Source: Capsulimonadales bacterium (GTDB lineage: Bacteria; Armatimonadota; Armatimonadia; Armatimonadales; Armatimonadaceae). From it: a stretch of 64,000 bases of DNA. Positions within the stretch are counted from its first letter, which is position 1. Each line of letters begins with the position of its first letter. The notes beneath the pieces were generated by a model. The model made no database searches and was not told the DNA's origin. It worked only from the letters and a program-made list of their open reading frames with translations. Shown one piece after another: positions 26,949 to 36,649 of this stretch. Both the position numbers and the translations under genes were made by a program. The DNA lies in contig JANRLW010000077.1 of assembly GCA_033762295.1 (NCBI GenBank), positions 1 through 64,000 on the forward strand, given 5' to 3'.

Positions 26949-29483
26949 CTAATCCTTCAGAAGGCGGGTCGTGACGAAGATCAGGATTTCGGTGTTACGG
27001 CGTTCCCGGTTCCGCCGCTGGAAGAGCTGGCCGAGAATCGGCAGGTCCCCGATCAGCGGCACCTTGCTCAGGTTGTCGACGTCGGCCTGTCGGATCAGGC
27101 CGCCGAGGGCGAAGGTTTCGCCGTCCTTGACGCGCACGGTGGCATCGACATACCGGGTGGCGATCTGCGGGAGCCGCACCTGCCCGGCCTCGATGAACCC
27201 GGAGATGATGGAGATTTCCGGATGCACATAGACGGTGATGCTACCGTCCGGGCTGGTTTTACCCGTACAGTTCAGCGTGATACCGACGCTCGCGGTTTCG
27301 GTCTGAACGATCTGTCCCTGCGGGGTCTGCTGGATGTTGACGACATACCGGATCTGGTCTCCGATGAACGCCTTGCCGGGAGTCCCGTCGATCGCCGTGA
27401 AGTTCGGCTTCGCCAGGGTGCGAGCCTTGTTCTTCTGTTCCAGAGCGAAGAGCTTGGCATCGATCGTGTACGGTGAGCGGAAGATCGCGCCGACCTGGGA
27501 TTCGCGGGCCGGGGCTTTGGCGTTCAGAACGAGTCCTCCCTGATCCTTTTCGCCGACCGTGATGATTCGGCCGACATCATAGGTCAGACCGAGATCGCGG
27601 GTGTTCTCCTGGGTGGTTTCCACGATCCGCGCTTCGAAGACGATCTGCGGCACCTTGATATCGATCTGGGTCAGGACTTCCCGGGCGCGAGCGATCGCTT
27701 CGGTCGTGCCGGTGAGCAGCAGGGTGTTGCCGGGTTTTCCGGACGGGTTCTGGCTGACGGAGGTGTTCGCGCCGACCGCCGCCTCGGCGTTGCCGACCGG
27801 CGAGGCGTTCTGTCCGTTCGCCGTCGCATTGGTGATCGGGTTCACCGGGGTATTGGTGACCGTGGAGGCCGATCCGCCGAGGGTGTTCGGCTGGAACCCC
27901 TGCGCCGGTCCGGGCTGGACGCTGACCGCGGGAACCAGGCGGTTCAGGGCGGAGATCAGGTCGATCGCCGACGAGTAGCGGATCACATAGACCTCGGTCG
28001 GGCGGGCCGACAGAAGGGCGTTTTCCCGGGCCTTGGCCTGCGCCTCTTTGGCCGGCGCTTCCAGCAGGGCCTTTTCCGTCTCGTCGACAAACTGCTGAAT
28101 CGCATTGACCTCGATCTGGGTGCCCGTGACGACGATGACGCCGCCCTTCGGCACGACCTTTTCGACCACCATGCGGTCGGTCGAGGTGTTGGAGGAGGAC
28201 GTTCGCACGCCGGCCGCCGGAGCGCCGTTAGCCGCGGGACTGCCACCGACCGCCCCGTTGGTTGCGCTCAGGGCGTTCGCCGTGGCCGTCTTTCCTTCGG
28301 AGCCGACACTGACGACGGAGACACGTTCCTTCACCGCCGGAAACGCGCGTTCGATCGCTTCCTTCAGGGACACGCCATCCGAGAAGATGAACGGGATGGT
28401 GGAGGTTATCTGGACGCCGACCGAGGCTCCCTGGACCAGTTTCGCCACCGCGTCGGCGCTGCCGACCGCGTAGGTGGTATTGATCCGCGCATATCGGTAA
28501 CCGGACAGATTGACGACGGTATCGAGCGCCTCGCGGAAGGAGACACGCCGCAGGGAACAGGTGACGTTGCCCTTCACATCGGTGCTGGTCACGATGTTGA
28601 TCCCGGACTGGAGCGAAAGCGCCTTCAGGACATCATTGATATCGGCGGCGACAAAGTCGAGAGAGACGCGTCGTCCCTCCTCGGGAGCCTCCTCGGTCCG
28701 TCGGGCGGTCGTGCTGGCGGTTCGGAAAGGCACCTGCACCGCCGTTTCCGCGATGTCGGCGGCGTCCGCGGCGACGGTCCGCGTCGTGACGACGGGCTTG
28801 ACCCCGGTCAGCAGTTGCGGATAGGTTTTGACGGCCTTGATCGTTCGTACCGCCGGTTTCGCGGGCAGAGCCAGTTTGCCGGACGTCTTCTGTTCGGTGA
28901 CGATCGGACTCGCCACACGGACGATCGGCGCGGTGACCGGGGTTTCGACCGGTTTCACGGCCGGTTTTACGACCGGAGCGGGAGCCACGGCGGCGACCGC
29001 TTTGGGCGCGGTGTTGAGGACGATCTCCCAGCGGGTCCGATCGGCGGACGGTTCGGCGCGGAACGGCAGGATACGGGCCGTATTCGCCACGATCCGGACC
29101 TGCCGGGGCGTATCGGTGAACTGCCCGGCGCGGATGCTCAGAACGCCATTTTTTCGAACCGGGGTGATCCCGCGACGTCCGGCATTCCAGGTACCGCTGA
29201 TCGTGATCACGGTAGCGGACGGGCGGGCATAGTTCCGAATGTCCGGGGTGAACGGCTGGCTTCCGACAAGGATGATCCGGGTCTCCTGATCGTCGGAACG
29301 CACTTCCATCCGGGTAATCTGCGACGGCTGCGTTTTGACCGCCTGTCCGGAAGCGGCCTTGACGGTGGTAACGGTCCGTGCGGCGCTGTCCCCGCCGGTC
29401 GCCGGAACCTGGGCTGCCACGGGGGTGACGATCCCAAATATCGCGAGCGCCAGCGTATACACGTTCTGTTTAGTTGGTTGCAC
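26949..29483 (-). CDS. pilQ: PilQ-like secretin with N-terminal AMIN-like domain
   Basis: Signal peptide; VSLDFVAADI N0 domain; QIVFEARIVE, VKDGETFALGGLI, KVPLIGDLPILGQLF secretin motifs; GTG 29483 with AGGAGAGG RBS. Confidence 0.85.
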   Translation of the reverse strand: MQPTKQNVYTLALAIFGIVTPVAAQVPATGGDSAARTVTTVKAASGQAVKTQPSQITRMEVRSDDQETRIILVGSQPFTPDIRNYARPSATVITISGTWNAGRRGITPVRKNGVLSIRAGQFTDTPRQVRIVANTARILPFRAEPSADRTRWEIVLNTAPKAVAAVAPAPVVKPAVKPVETPVTAPIVRVASPIVTEQKTSGKLALPAKPAVRTIKAVKTYPQLLTGVKPVVTTRTVAADAADIAETAVQVPFRTASTTARRTEEAPEEGRRVSLDFVAADINDVLKALSLQSGINIVTSTDVKGNVTCSLRRVSFREALDTVVNLSGYRYARINTTYAVGSADAVAKLVQGASVGVQITSTIPFIFSDGVSLKEAIERAFPAVKERVSVVSVGSEGKTATANALSATNGAVGGSPAANGAPAAGVRTSSSNTSTDRMVVEKVVPKGGVIVVTGTQIEVNAIQQFVDETEKALLEAPAKEAQAKARENALLSARPTEVYVIRYSSAIDLISALNRLVPAVSVQPGPAQGFQPNTLGGSASTVTNTPVNPITNATANGQNASPVGNAEAAVGANTSVSQNPSGKPGNTLLLTGTTEAIARAREVLTQIDIKVPQIVFEARIVETTQENTRDLGLTYDVGRIITVGEKDQGGLVLNAKAPARESQVGAIFRSPYTIDAKLFALEQKNKARTLAKPNFTAIDGTPGKAFIGDQIRYVVNIQQTPQGQIVQTETASVGITLNCTGKTSPDGSITVYVHPEISIISGFIEAGQVRLPQIATRYVDATVRVKDGETFALGGLIRQADVDNLSKVPLIGDLPILGQLFQRRNRERRNTEILIFVTTRLLKD

Positions 29484-30201
29484 GAGCGTCCTCTCCTGAT
29501 TTTCCTTTGCCGATACGTACCGTGACACGGCGATGTCCGGCCTTATCCTCGATATCGACGCCGTCCGCATGAACGGCGACCACTTTATATCCGTTGCCGA
29601 CGAAATCTCCGACCGTGACGAAGCGACGATCGTCGCCCTTTTCACCGTCGACGCGCATGATCGCGATATTGGCCGTGCCGGTTGCGCGGGAATCGGCCAT
29701 CACCACACCGGTCACCATCAGGGGCGGCGGTGGGGCCGCCTCCTGAACGGCGACCTTGATACCGGCCTGTCCGGCATTCACTCCCTTGGCCAATTTAAGG
29801 ATATCAGCCAATCCCTGCATTTTTTGACCGGACGGGGGTGGCAACGGTCCGGGTGTCGGTAGCGGTCCGGGTGTCGGCAGCGGTCCGGGTGTCGGCGGAG
29901 GCGGGGTCTCCCGCGGCGCGGCGCTTCCGACCGGCATGAAGGGATCACGCCCGCCGAGGGGCCGATTGACCATCTGTTCCAGGTCGATGGGCGTGCCCGG
30001 GTCCGACGGAGCGGGCGTCCCGCCGACCGGAGCCGCCTGCGCGACCTGCGTTCCGGGGGGAGCCGGGGAGGCCGCGGCGGCGGGCGCATTCGTCGGTGCG
30101 GAAGCGCCGACGAACTGGTAAACACCATAACCGAAGACCAGAACAAACATGCCGATCATAGCGAATAATTTCGGCTTATCTTTTTCATCTAACGGCTTCA
30201 T
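29470..30201 (-). CDS. PilP-position membrane-anchored Pro-rich protein
   Basis: Between pilO and the secretin; N-terminal TM, RDPF motif, C-terminal VTGV...A.....V.VGD beta domain. Confidence 0.65.
   Translation of the reverse strand: MKPLDEKDKPKLFAMIGMFVLVFGYGVYQFVGASAPTNAPAAAASPAPPGTQVAQAAPVGGTPAPSDPGTPIDLEQMVNRPLGGRDPFMPVGSAAPRETPPPPTPGPLPTPGPLPTPGPLPPPSGQKMQGLADILKLAKGVNAGQAGIKVAVQEAAPPPPLMVTGVVMADSRATGTANIAIMRVDGEKGDDRRFVTVGDFVGNGYKVVAVHADGVDIEDKAGHRRVTVRIGKGKSGEDARATN
29845..29898 (-). repeat. 18-bp in-frame tandem repeat x3 (PTPGP linker unit)
   Basis: cggtccgggtgtcggtag / cggtccgggtgtcggcag / cggtccgggtgtcggcgg. Confidence 0.85.
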
Positions 30202-30216
30202 GGAAATCCCTTTCGT

Positions 30217-30939
30217 CTAGACGCCCCGGGTCGTGGGATTCGGCGTCGATGCGGAAGCGGCCTTTTCCGCTTCCGGTCTTGCCGTGTTCTGGTCGTCTTT
30301 GAAGACAAACCCGGTCAGAGTCAGTTTGGCGTTGACGCTTTTGGAGTATTTGTTATCGGTATTGATCGGCGTGATTTGCAGGTTCTCAACCGCGATGATC
30401 TTCTCGAAGGTCGTAAAACGATGCAGGAGGCGCGCGACATTCCAGTAGGCGCCGGTGACTTCCATATCGATATGGAACTTGTCATAGGGCCAGGGCTTGA
30501 ACGTCTTGCGCTTCTCCTTGTCGGTGGGCGGATCCGGCGCGGGTTCGACGTTATAGGTTCCGTTCGGCCAGCCAAGGTCCATCTGATTCGCCAGAGTCTC
30601 CATCTGTTTCAGCAGGGTGGGCACGTAATCGCCGGGGGAGATCGACGTCTCCAGATAGCGGAGTTTCTGCTCGACGCGAGCATACTCGGTCTGCACCTCC
30701 GTCAGTTGATTGGCGATCTTGTTGGCGTTATCGACTTCCTCGTTTTTCTTTCGAACCTGAGCCTCGACCTGAGCGACGGCGGCGCTCTGCCAGGCGAACA
30801 GTCCGATGCTGACAAACAGAACGAAACCGGTGAGGCCGCCGAGCAGGGCGCAGGTCTGCCGGGACGGTTTAAGGGTAAACGGCGCTTTTTCCGGTTTTTT
30901 CGATGTCTCGGTCGCGTTCTCGGGCGTTTCCTTAGCCAT
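30217..30939 (-). CDS. pilO: Type IV pilus assembly protein PilO-like
   Basis: TM, coiled coil, then VPTLLKQM and MEVTGAYWNVARLL..F.KII.V.NL ferredoxin-like pattern; operon position. Confidence 0.75.
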   Translation of the reverse strand: MAKETPENATETSKKPEKAPFTLKPSRQTCALLGGLTGFVLFVSIGLFAWQSAAVAQVEAQVRKKNEEVDNANKIANQLTEVQTEYARVEQKLRYLETSISPGDYVPTLLKQMETLANQMDLGWPNGTYNVEPAPDPPTDKEKRKTFKPWPYDKFHIDMEVTGAYWNVARLLHRFTTFEKIIAVENLQITPINTDNKYSKSVNAKLTLTGFVFKDDQNTARPEAEKAASASTPNPTTRGV

Positions 30940-31567
30940 TGTTCTTACCTGCCTCTCCGGCGCCCGCCTGCGCGTTCTGAGCGGGTCCCTTGGTCTCTTC
31001 GGGTTTCGGGGCGGGCCGCAGATGGACGCCCAGATCAAACGAAAAACGGGTCACGGTTTCGCCCGGCGTACGGGGCACCTCTTTCGAGGATCGCAGTTCC
31101 ACTCCGTCGAAAATCGGCTGTCGCCCGAGTCTTCGGTAGGTCTCGCCGATGATGGTTTTGTTGGCGGCGATACCGGTCAGGTTGATTGTCATGTCCTCCG
31201 CGGCACCGGCGGTGGCCATGGTGGAGATCCAGGCATCCTCGGGGATGGAAGCGGAGATCGCCTGCATGACGGCTCGCCAGCGGTAGGTTTCGCGTTGCGC
31301 CTGCTCCAGCGTCTCCACTTTGGGCATCAGGGCGTCCTTGGCCTGGTTGAGCTTCTCGATCTCCTCCAGTTTGGGCTTGACCGTCGCCCAGCGTCGTTCC
31401 GCCCCGGCCAGGGACGCGTGAGCCGCGACCTGTCGTGCGCCGACATAGAGGATCACCGTCACCAGAATTCCGACGCTCCCCAGAAGTCCGACAAAAAGCT
31501 GGCGCGTCAAACGTTCGATCTTCTTCTTTTCTTCGCGACGCGCGGCAATCAGGTTAATATTCGGCAT
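30932..31567 (-). CDS. pilN: Type IV pilus assembly protein PilN
   Basis: MPNINL N-terminal motif, TM, coiled coil, IPEDAWIS. Confidence 0.85.
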   Translation of the reverse strand: MPNINLIAARREEKKKIERLTRQLFVGLLGSVGILVTVILYVGARQVAAHASLAGAERRWATVKPKLEEIEKLNQAKDALMPKVETLEQAQRETYRWRAVMQAISASIPEDAWISTMATAGAAEDMTINLTGIAANKTIIGETYRRLGRQPIFDGVELRSSKEVPRTPGETVTRFSFDLGVHLRPAPKPEETKGPAQNAQAGAGEAGKNNG

Positions 31568-31589
31568 AGGATTCCTTTCTACGCTCTCC

Positions 31590-32711
31590 TTAGGCCTTGG
31601 CCGTAACGGAGGACATATATTCCTTGACCGCGAGTCCCAGACAGACAGCGAGTCGCGGCGCCTGATCGCGCAGCCATTCCTCCGCCTCGGGTGCGGCTTC
31701 GAACAGCGGGGAATCCAGCGCACTGGCCACGCGAGCATCGACGCCCAGGCGCGCGGTGACGTACTGGGGCAGTCCCATCATCTGCGCGGTCCCGCCGGAG
31801 AGAAGGATCTCCGCCAGCGGCTGCGTTCCGCGCGACTCGGCCACCTGCGATTGATAGTAGGAGGCGGAGCGGCGCACTTCGCGCAGCAGTTCGTCGACCA
31901 CCGACTGAAGGACACGTGCGGTTTCGAGCATCTCGGCATCGCCGCCCTGGATCAGCACGGAAAGGTCCAGTTCGGTCTTGCGTCGCTCGGCTTCATTTTC
32001 ATCGACGCGCAACTGGTTCTTGAGGGCGTCGGAGAGCGTATTTCCGGAGATCGGGATCGATCGCGACAGCGCGAAATCCGGTCCCTGGAGCAGAATCACC
32101 TCGGTCTGGGTCGCGCCGATCTCGACCAGGGCGCGCAGGGCGCCGTCCTCGTAGTACCGGCGATTACAGTCGACCAGGGCGCGAACCAGCGCGAAGGAGG
32201 TCGTGTCGACCGCGGCGGCTTCCAGTCCCGCCTTTTCCACGCTTTCGATACGCGCCTCCACCATTTCCTTGGGGGCGGCGACCATCATCACTTCCATCTG
32301 GTTCGGTTCGTCCGGGACCGCGCCCAGGATTTCGAACGCAAGCGCCGAGTCGTCGATGCTGGAGGAAACGAACTTACCGGCTTCGTAACGCGCCGACTTC
32401 AGCAGGGCGGCCTCGGGCATTCGGGGCATTTTGATCTGCCGGACCATGACGGTCGGCCCGGAAACGGCCAGTACCGCGCTGTTGGCGGAGATGTTGGCGG
32501 CTTTCAGCATCTGCTTCAACGCCGAGGAGACGGCGCCGCGATCCGAAATCACCCCATCGCGAAGCGCGCCGGCCGGCGTCTTCTGCTGCGCCGCGCGCAC
32601 GATTCGAAAGCGATCCCGCTGCGGTTCCACCTGTACCGCCTTGAGGTTGGCGCTGCCAATGTCGATGCCGATAAAGGTCTCTTTTCCGAAAAGGGATGCC
32701 AGAGCGGACAC
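31590..32711 (-). CDS. pilM: Type IV pilus assembly protein PilM
   Basis: IGIDIGSANLK actin-like ATPase start, VEIGAT, EVRRS..YY, LSGGTA, GLA. Confidence 0.9.
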   Translation of the reverse strand: MSALASLFGKETFIGIDIGSANLKAVQVEPQRDRFRIVRAAQQKTPAGALRDGVISDRGAVSSALKQMLKAANISANSAVLAVSGPTVMVRQIKMPRMPEAALLKSARYEAGKFVSSSIDDSALAFEILGAVPDEPNQMEVMMVAAPKEMVEARIESVEKAGLEAAAVDTTSFALVRALVDCNRRYYEDGALRALVEIGATQTEVILLQGPDFALSRSIPISGNTLSDALKNQLRVDENEAERRKTELDLSVLIQGGDAEMLETARVLQSVVDELLREVRRSASYYQSQVAESRGTQPLAEILLSGGTAQMMGLPQYVTARLGVDARVASALDSPLFEAAPEAEEWLRDQAPRLAVCLGLAVKEYMSSVTAKA

Positions 32712-33124
32712 GAGGGGTCCCTTCCTTTCGTCGGTCTGCCGACGTGAATAATTGGTCGTGCCCGCGTCAATAGACGAGAACGAGGGCGAGGACAGACCTA
32801 CACAACCGGATTATCGGAGGCTAGCGTCAGAAATGTAGGGAAAACTACGGGTCTGTGCGGAAACCCGTTAATAAAAAGGACGCAGCGAAATTTCGTTTCA
32901 GATCACTCGCCATATATGGAAAGAATAATGTGCGGTTCCCCCTCATCAACCGGCAATGTTAACAGGGTTCCCCCTCCGGCCCCGGACCGATAAGAGAGTG
33001 TCCTTCGTTCCGGAGGCGTTCTGCTGCCGCTTCGGATACTTTCGCTCACGGAAGATGCTCTCCGTCCCTCGCCGTGGCGTAATTCGCACGATAAGGGTAT
33101 GCTTCTTGCATAAAGCCACACCAA

Positions 33125-35620
33125 ATGGGAACCGGATTAGCGACTATCGAAAAAACACCCTTCGGAATGGAATCACACCCGCTTTCGCACCGGGGCAAGC
33201 CGGATCTTCTGCCGCTACCCGGCGATGATCTGTTGCCGCTACCCGGCGATGATTTGCTGCCGCTGCCGGGCGACAACCGCCCTTCGCCTCCCCCGCCCGA
33301 CGGTCTGGTTCCTGCCTCGGATGCCTTCCCCACCGTCCGCCCGGTCTCGCCACCCGGCGACGACCCCGCCGCCGAGGACGGCGGCCTGACCATCACCCAA
33401 ACCGCCGGGGTCGATGTCTCCGCTCTGTTCCGACCGGAGAAGAAACCGCGTCCCGCAGCCAAACCCCGCGCCCGAAAAACGGAGGAGGAGCAGGAGACCG
33501 GTTACCGCTTTCCTTATGGCCGGACGATTCTCGAACCCACCCCGGACACCACGCTGAATACCTTTACTCCGGGCACCTTCCAGGTGCGACTGGGCTGGCA
33601 ACGCGGCAAAAACTTCGTACCGCTGATCGAATCCACGCCGCTGCGACCGTTCGCCCAGGTAACGCTCAACGGACAGAGGTACCCGGTCTTCTTCAATCAG
33701 CATTCGCGCAAGCGCCGGGATCGGGTCGTCTTCGGCGGCAAGCGCAAGACCGCTCGTTCGGCGCGCTGTCTGCTCCGTTTCCTTACCTTTATTGACGGAC
33801 GGGAGGATCGTCTCTCCTGGTACTGGCGCGTCGGCGCGACCGCCGCCGCCATCTCCTACAACGAGAGTCAGCGTTCCGAAGACTCCCCCGATTCACCGAT
33901 CGACGAGATCACGCTGCACCTGCCGTTCGCGCCGGGGAAAGCGCAGATCCTGACGCAGCCGGAGGCGCCGCACGTTCTCGCGCTCCATTTGAACGATTTC
34001 GTGATGACCGTGGCCGCCGGCGAGGTGACGGGTCTGCGTGAGGGATACGCGCCGAGCCTCAGTCACGATACGCGCGGGTTTACCCTGACGCTTCGCGGGG
34101 CCGATTTCTCCGGTCCGGGTATCGGAGCCACCTGGGAGACCTGGTTCGCTCCCGCCAAAACGGAAGCGGAGGTGCGGGCGGCCCTGTTGCGTCATGCCGG
34201 GGATATCGCCGACCGTCTGCAACGGCCGTTCTCCGGCGCGCCGGAGGAGCGTTCCCTTCTTCGCCTGATCGAGGAGAACGAAGCGGTTCTGATGCGGGAG
34301 GATCTGGTCAGCAAGCGAGGCGCCGAAAAGGGCGCCTACCATCCTCGTCCCGGCGATAAATCCTTTGTTTGTGGCGCGGGCGCGGATACCGCTCTGACCT
34401 GCGTCGCTCTGCTGGCACGGTTCTACATGACCGGCAACGATGCCCTGCGGCGACGGGCGCGTCTGGTCTCGCGCGGCGTCTGCGACTTTCAGATCAATGT
34501 GGAGGAAAGCACGCACTGGGGGGCGATCTGGGAGGCAAACGCCAAGAAGCAGTATACGGATATCCACGGAGAGGCAACGCTTTCGGTGACGACGACGGCG
34601 CGGGCGGCCAAAGGGCTGCATATCGCGCACGGGCATTTCGACGTCGAACTCCTCCAGCGCACGGCGCTCGCGGCGACCCAGTGGCTCCTTCTGAAGATGG
34701 GCATGGACGGCTTCATGCCGGCCGAACGCTTCGAGGAGAGCGGCGCGCCGATCGACGGTCCGGCGGCGCCGTGGCTGGCCGGCGAACTGCTGATCCCCTT
34801 CGCCGAGACGTTCCGTGTCACGCAGAACGAGGTCTATATCAAGGTCGCGTTGCGGATCATCAATGCGATCCGGAACGGACTCGACGAGGGTTCCCTGCGG
34901 TACGAAATGGCGACCGCCGAGCATCTGGCGTCGGCGATCGAGGGGATTCTCCAGGTTTCGCGCGAGTATGAATCGGAGGCGATGATCGGGCTGGCGAAGC
35001 GGCTGATGGCCGGATTGCGCGTCCGCCGTCTGCCGGATGGCTCCTTCGGAGAGTCGCCGACGGCGGTCCCGACCTCTATGCTGACTTCGACCCTGGCCGG
35101 ATGCCGCGCCGCCCTGGCGATGACCCGCGTCGATAACGACCCGCTGCATCTCCTGACCGCCCTGCGGGCGATCCGGCAGGCCGGCGCGATGGCGCGCGCC
35201 GCCGACGAACGCGGGGAATGGGTGCCGATCGCCGACCGGACAGGGCTTTTGCTGCACTCGATCGGTGTCTTGCTGGCGACCGCGGCGCGGTCGCCCAACA
35301 CCGAAGCCGACCGGGATCGGGTGACGATCAAGCGCGGCTGGCAGACGTTCGCTCCGGACCCGGCGACCCGTGAATTCGTCCGGGTGAAGCGTCTCGACGA
35401 CGAACCGGTCGACCATCTGGCGCTGGTCTGTCCCGTCAGCCATCAGGTGCTGGTCGTGGTGGTCGCGCCCCCCGATGTCGAGGAGGTGACGATCATCAAG
35501 AACGGACGCACGCCGTTCCTGCGCGGTCTGCTCGATAACTCCTACGACATGCGCGCCGGTCTGATTCCGCTGGGCGATGGCAAGGAAGCCCGCATCGGCG
35601 TCTTCCTCGCCGATACGTAG
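33125..35620 (+). CDS. Large hypothetical protein with disordered repeat N-terminus and probable helical-toroid C-terminal half (start may be 33167)
   Basis: 831 aa ORF with genome-like codon usage, divergent from pilM; repeated 'helix...W/F L...Q..DG' spacing (QWLLLKMGMDGFM, RRLPDGSF). Confidence 0.7.
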   Translation: MGTGLATIEKTPFGMESHPLSHRGKPDLLPLPGDDLLPLPGDDLLPLPGDNRPSPPPPDGLVPASDAFPTVRPVSPPGDDPAAEDGGLTITQTAGVDVSALFRPEKKPRPAAKPRARKTEEEQETGYRFPYGRTILEPTPDTTLNTFTPGTFQVRLGWQRGKNFVPLIESTPLRPFAQVTLNGQRYPVFFNQHSRKRRDRVVFGGKRKTARSARCLLRFLTFIDGREDRLSWYWRVGATAAAISYNESQRSEDSPDSPIDEITLHLPFAPGKAQILTQPEAPHVLALHLNDFVMTVAAGEVTGLREGYAPSLSHDTRGFTLTLRGADFSGPGIGATWETWFAPAKTEAEVRAALLRHAGDIADRLQRPFSGAPEERSLLRLIEENEAVLMREDLVSKRGAEKGAYHPRPGDKSFVCGAGADTALTCVALLARFYMTGNDALRRRARLVSRGVCDFQINVEESTHWGAIWEANAKKQYTDIHGEATLSVTTTARAAKGLHIAHGHFDVELLQRTALAATQWLLLKMGMDGFMPAERFEESGAPIDGPAAPWLAGELLIPFAETFRVTQNEVYIKVALRIINAIRNGLDEGSLRYEMATAEHLASAIEGILQVSREYESEAMIGLAKRLMAGLRVRRLPDGSFGESPTAVPTSMLTSTLAGCRAALAMTRVDNDPLHLLTALRAIRQAGAMARAADERGEWVPIADRTGLLLHSIGVLLATAARSPNTEADRDRVTIKRGWQTFAPDPATREFVRVKRLDDEPVDHLALVCPVSHQVLVVVVAPPDVEEVTIIKNGRTPFLRGLLDNSYDMRAGLIPLGDGKEARIGVFLADT
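33203..33274 (+). repeat. 24-bp in-frame tandem repeat x3 encoding DLLPLPGD
   Basis: gatcttctgccgctacccggcgat / gatctgttgccgctacccggcgat / gatttgctgccgctgccgggcgac; differences are synonymous. Confidence 0.85.
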
Positions 35621-35636
35621 ACGTCCGCTCAGCCTC

Positions 35637-36605
35637 TCAGACCTGCCCGAACGGTTCGCTGGCGGCGGACCGGGCGACAATCCGCAGCAGAGAGGCCAAT
35701 ACCTCCTCCCGGTGGACGCCGTGCAGGGCGAGCGCCATCTGCGTCTCAATGTAGCCGTTCGGGACGCCCATATCGTAACGCGCCCCCCGGGTCTCCACCG
35801 CCACATACCGTTCGTTGGCGCGTAGCATCTCCTGCGAACTGGTCAACTGGATCTCCCCCCGCTCCCGGATATCGTGGTCGATGTGGTAACGGAGGTAGTC
35901 GAAGAGGCTCGGCGGAAACACCGTGATTCCGAAAAAGCAAAGGTAGTAGCCCCGCTTGACACCGGTGGTCTGCAGGTTTTCCGCCGCGAATTCGATCGTC
36001 GGTTTTTCGACGATCCGGGTCACATCGTAGGAGGGCGGATCGCCTCCGAGGGGATGACCGGTGACGGTGCCGAACAGGTGCAGTTTGTCATCGGGGGTCT
36101 GCTGGACGGCGGAGACGGCGCAGCGGGCGACGCCGAACGTCTCGATCACCTGCTGGGCGCACCGTTTCTTGGCCTCGGAGATATAGATATGGTCTCCGAG
36201 CATCAACAGGAACGGTTCGTCGCCGACGAACTCCCGCGCCTGGTAGACCGCGTGTCCGAAGCCCTCCGGCGACGGCTGTTCGACAAAATGCAGGCGTTCC
36301 TGGATGCGGCGCAGGGCATCGGCCTGAGCGAGGGCCCACTCCTTGTCGCGGTAGAGACGTCGCTCGTCGTCCTGCATCCGGGAGAAGTGCCGACGGATGC
36401 TTTCCTCCCCGCCGGGACTGACGACGACACAGATATCCTCGATACCGGAGGCCAGACACTCCTCGATAATGATCTGGATCGTCGGTTTGGTGACGCCATC
36501 CCGGTCCACGAGCGGCAGCAGTTCCTTCTGGATGCTACGTGTCGCCGGAAACTGCCGGGTGCCGCGTCCGGCCGCCGTTATCACCGCTTTTCGAACGATG
36601 CCCAT
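35637..36605 (-). CDS. UTP--sugar-1-phosphate uridylyltransferase (GalU-like nucleotidyltransferase)
   Basis: KAVITAAGRGTRQFPAT..IQKELLPL, EQPSPEGFGHAV, LGDH, IVEKP, GEIQLT, RYDMG; extended -10 TGcTAGAAT at 36660-36652. Confidence 0.85.
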   Translation of the reverse strand: MGIVRKAVITAAGRGTRQFPATRSIQKELLPLVDRDGVTKPTIQIIIEECLASGIEDICVVVSPGGEESIRRHFSRMQDDERRLYRDKEWALAQADALRRIQERLHFVEQPSPEGFGHAVYQAREFVGDEPFLLMLGDHIYISEAKKRCAQQVIETFGVARCAVSAVQQTPDDKLHLFGTVTGHPLGGDPPSYDVTRIVEKPTIEFAAENLQTTGVKRGYYLCFFGITVFPPSLFDYLRYHIDHDIRERGEIQLTSSQEMLRANERYVAVETRGARYDMGVPNGYIETQMALALHGVHREEVLASLLRIVARSAASEPFGQV

Positions 36606-36649
36606 TCGCTGTCCGCTCCGCTTTCCGGTCACGCTGGCCGTGACCCGAC

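Noticed and set aside
29845..33274. Short tandem repeats at 29845-29898 and 33203-33274 (and 2482-2526) as a possible CRISPR array or phase-variation tract
   Set aside because: No spacers and no cas genes; all units are multiples of three inside coding linkers
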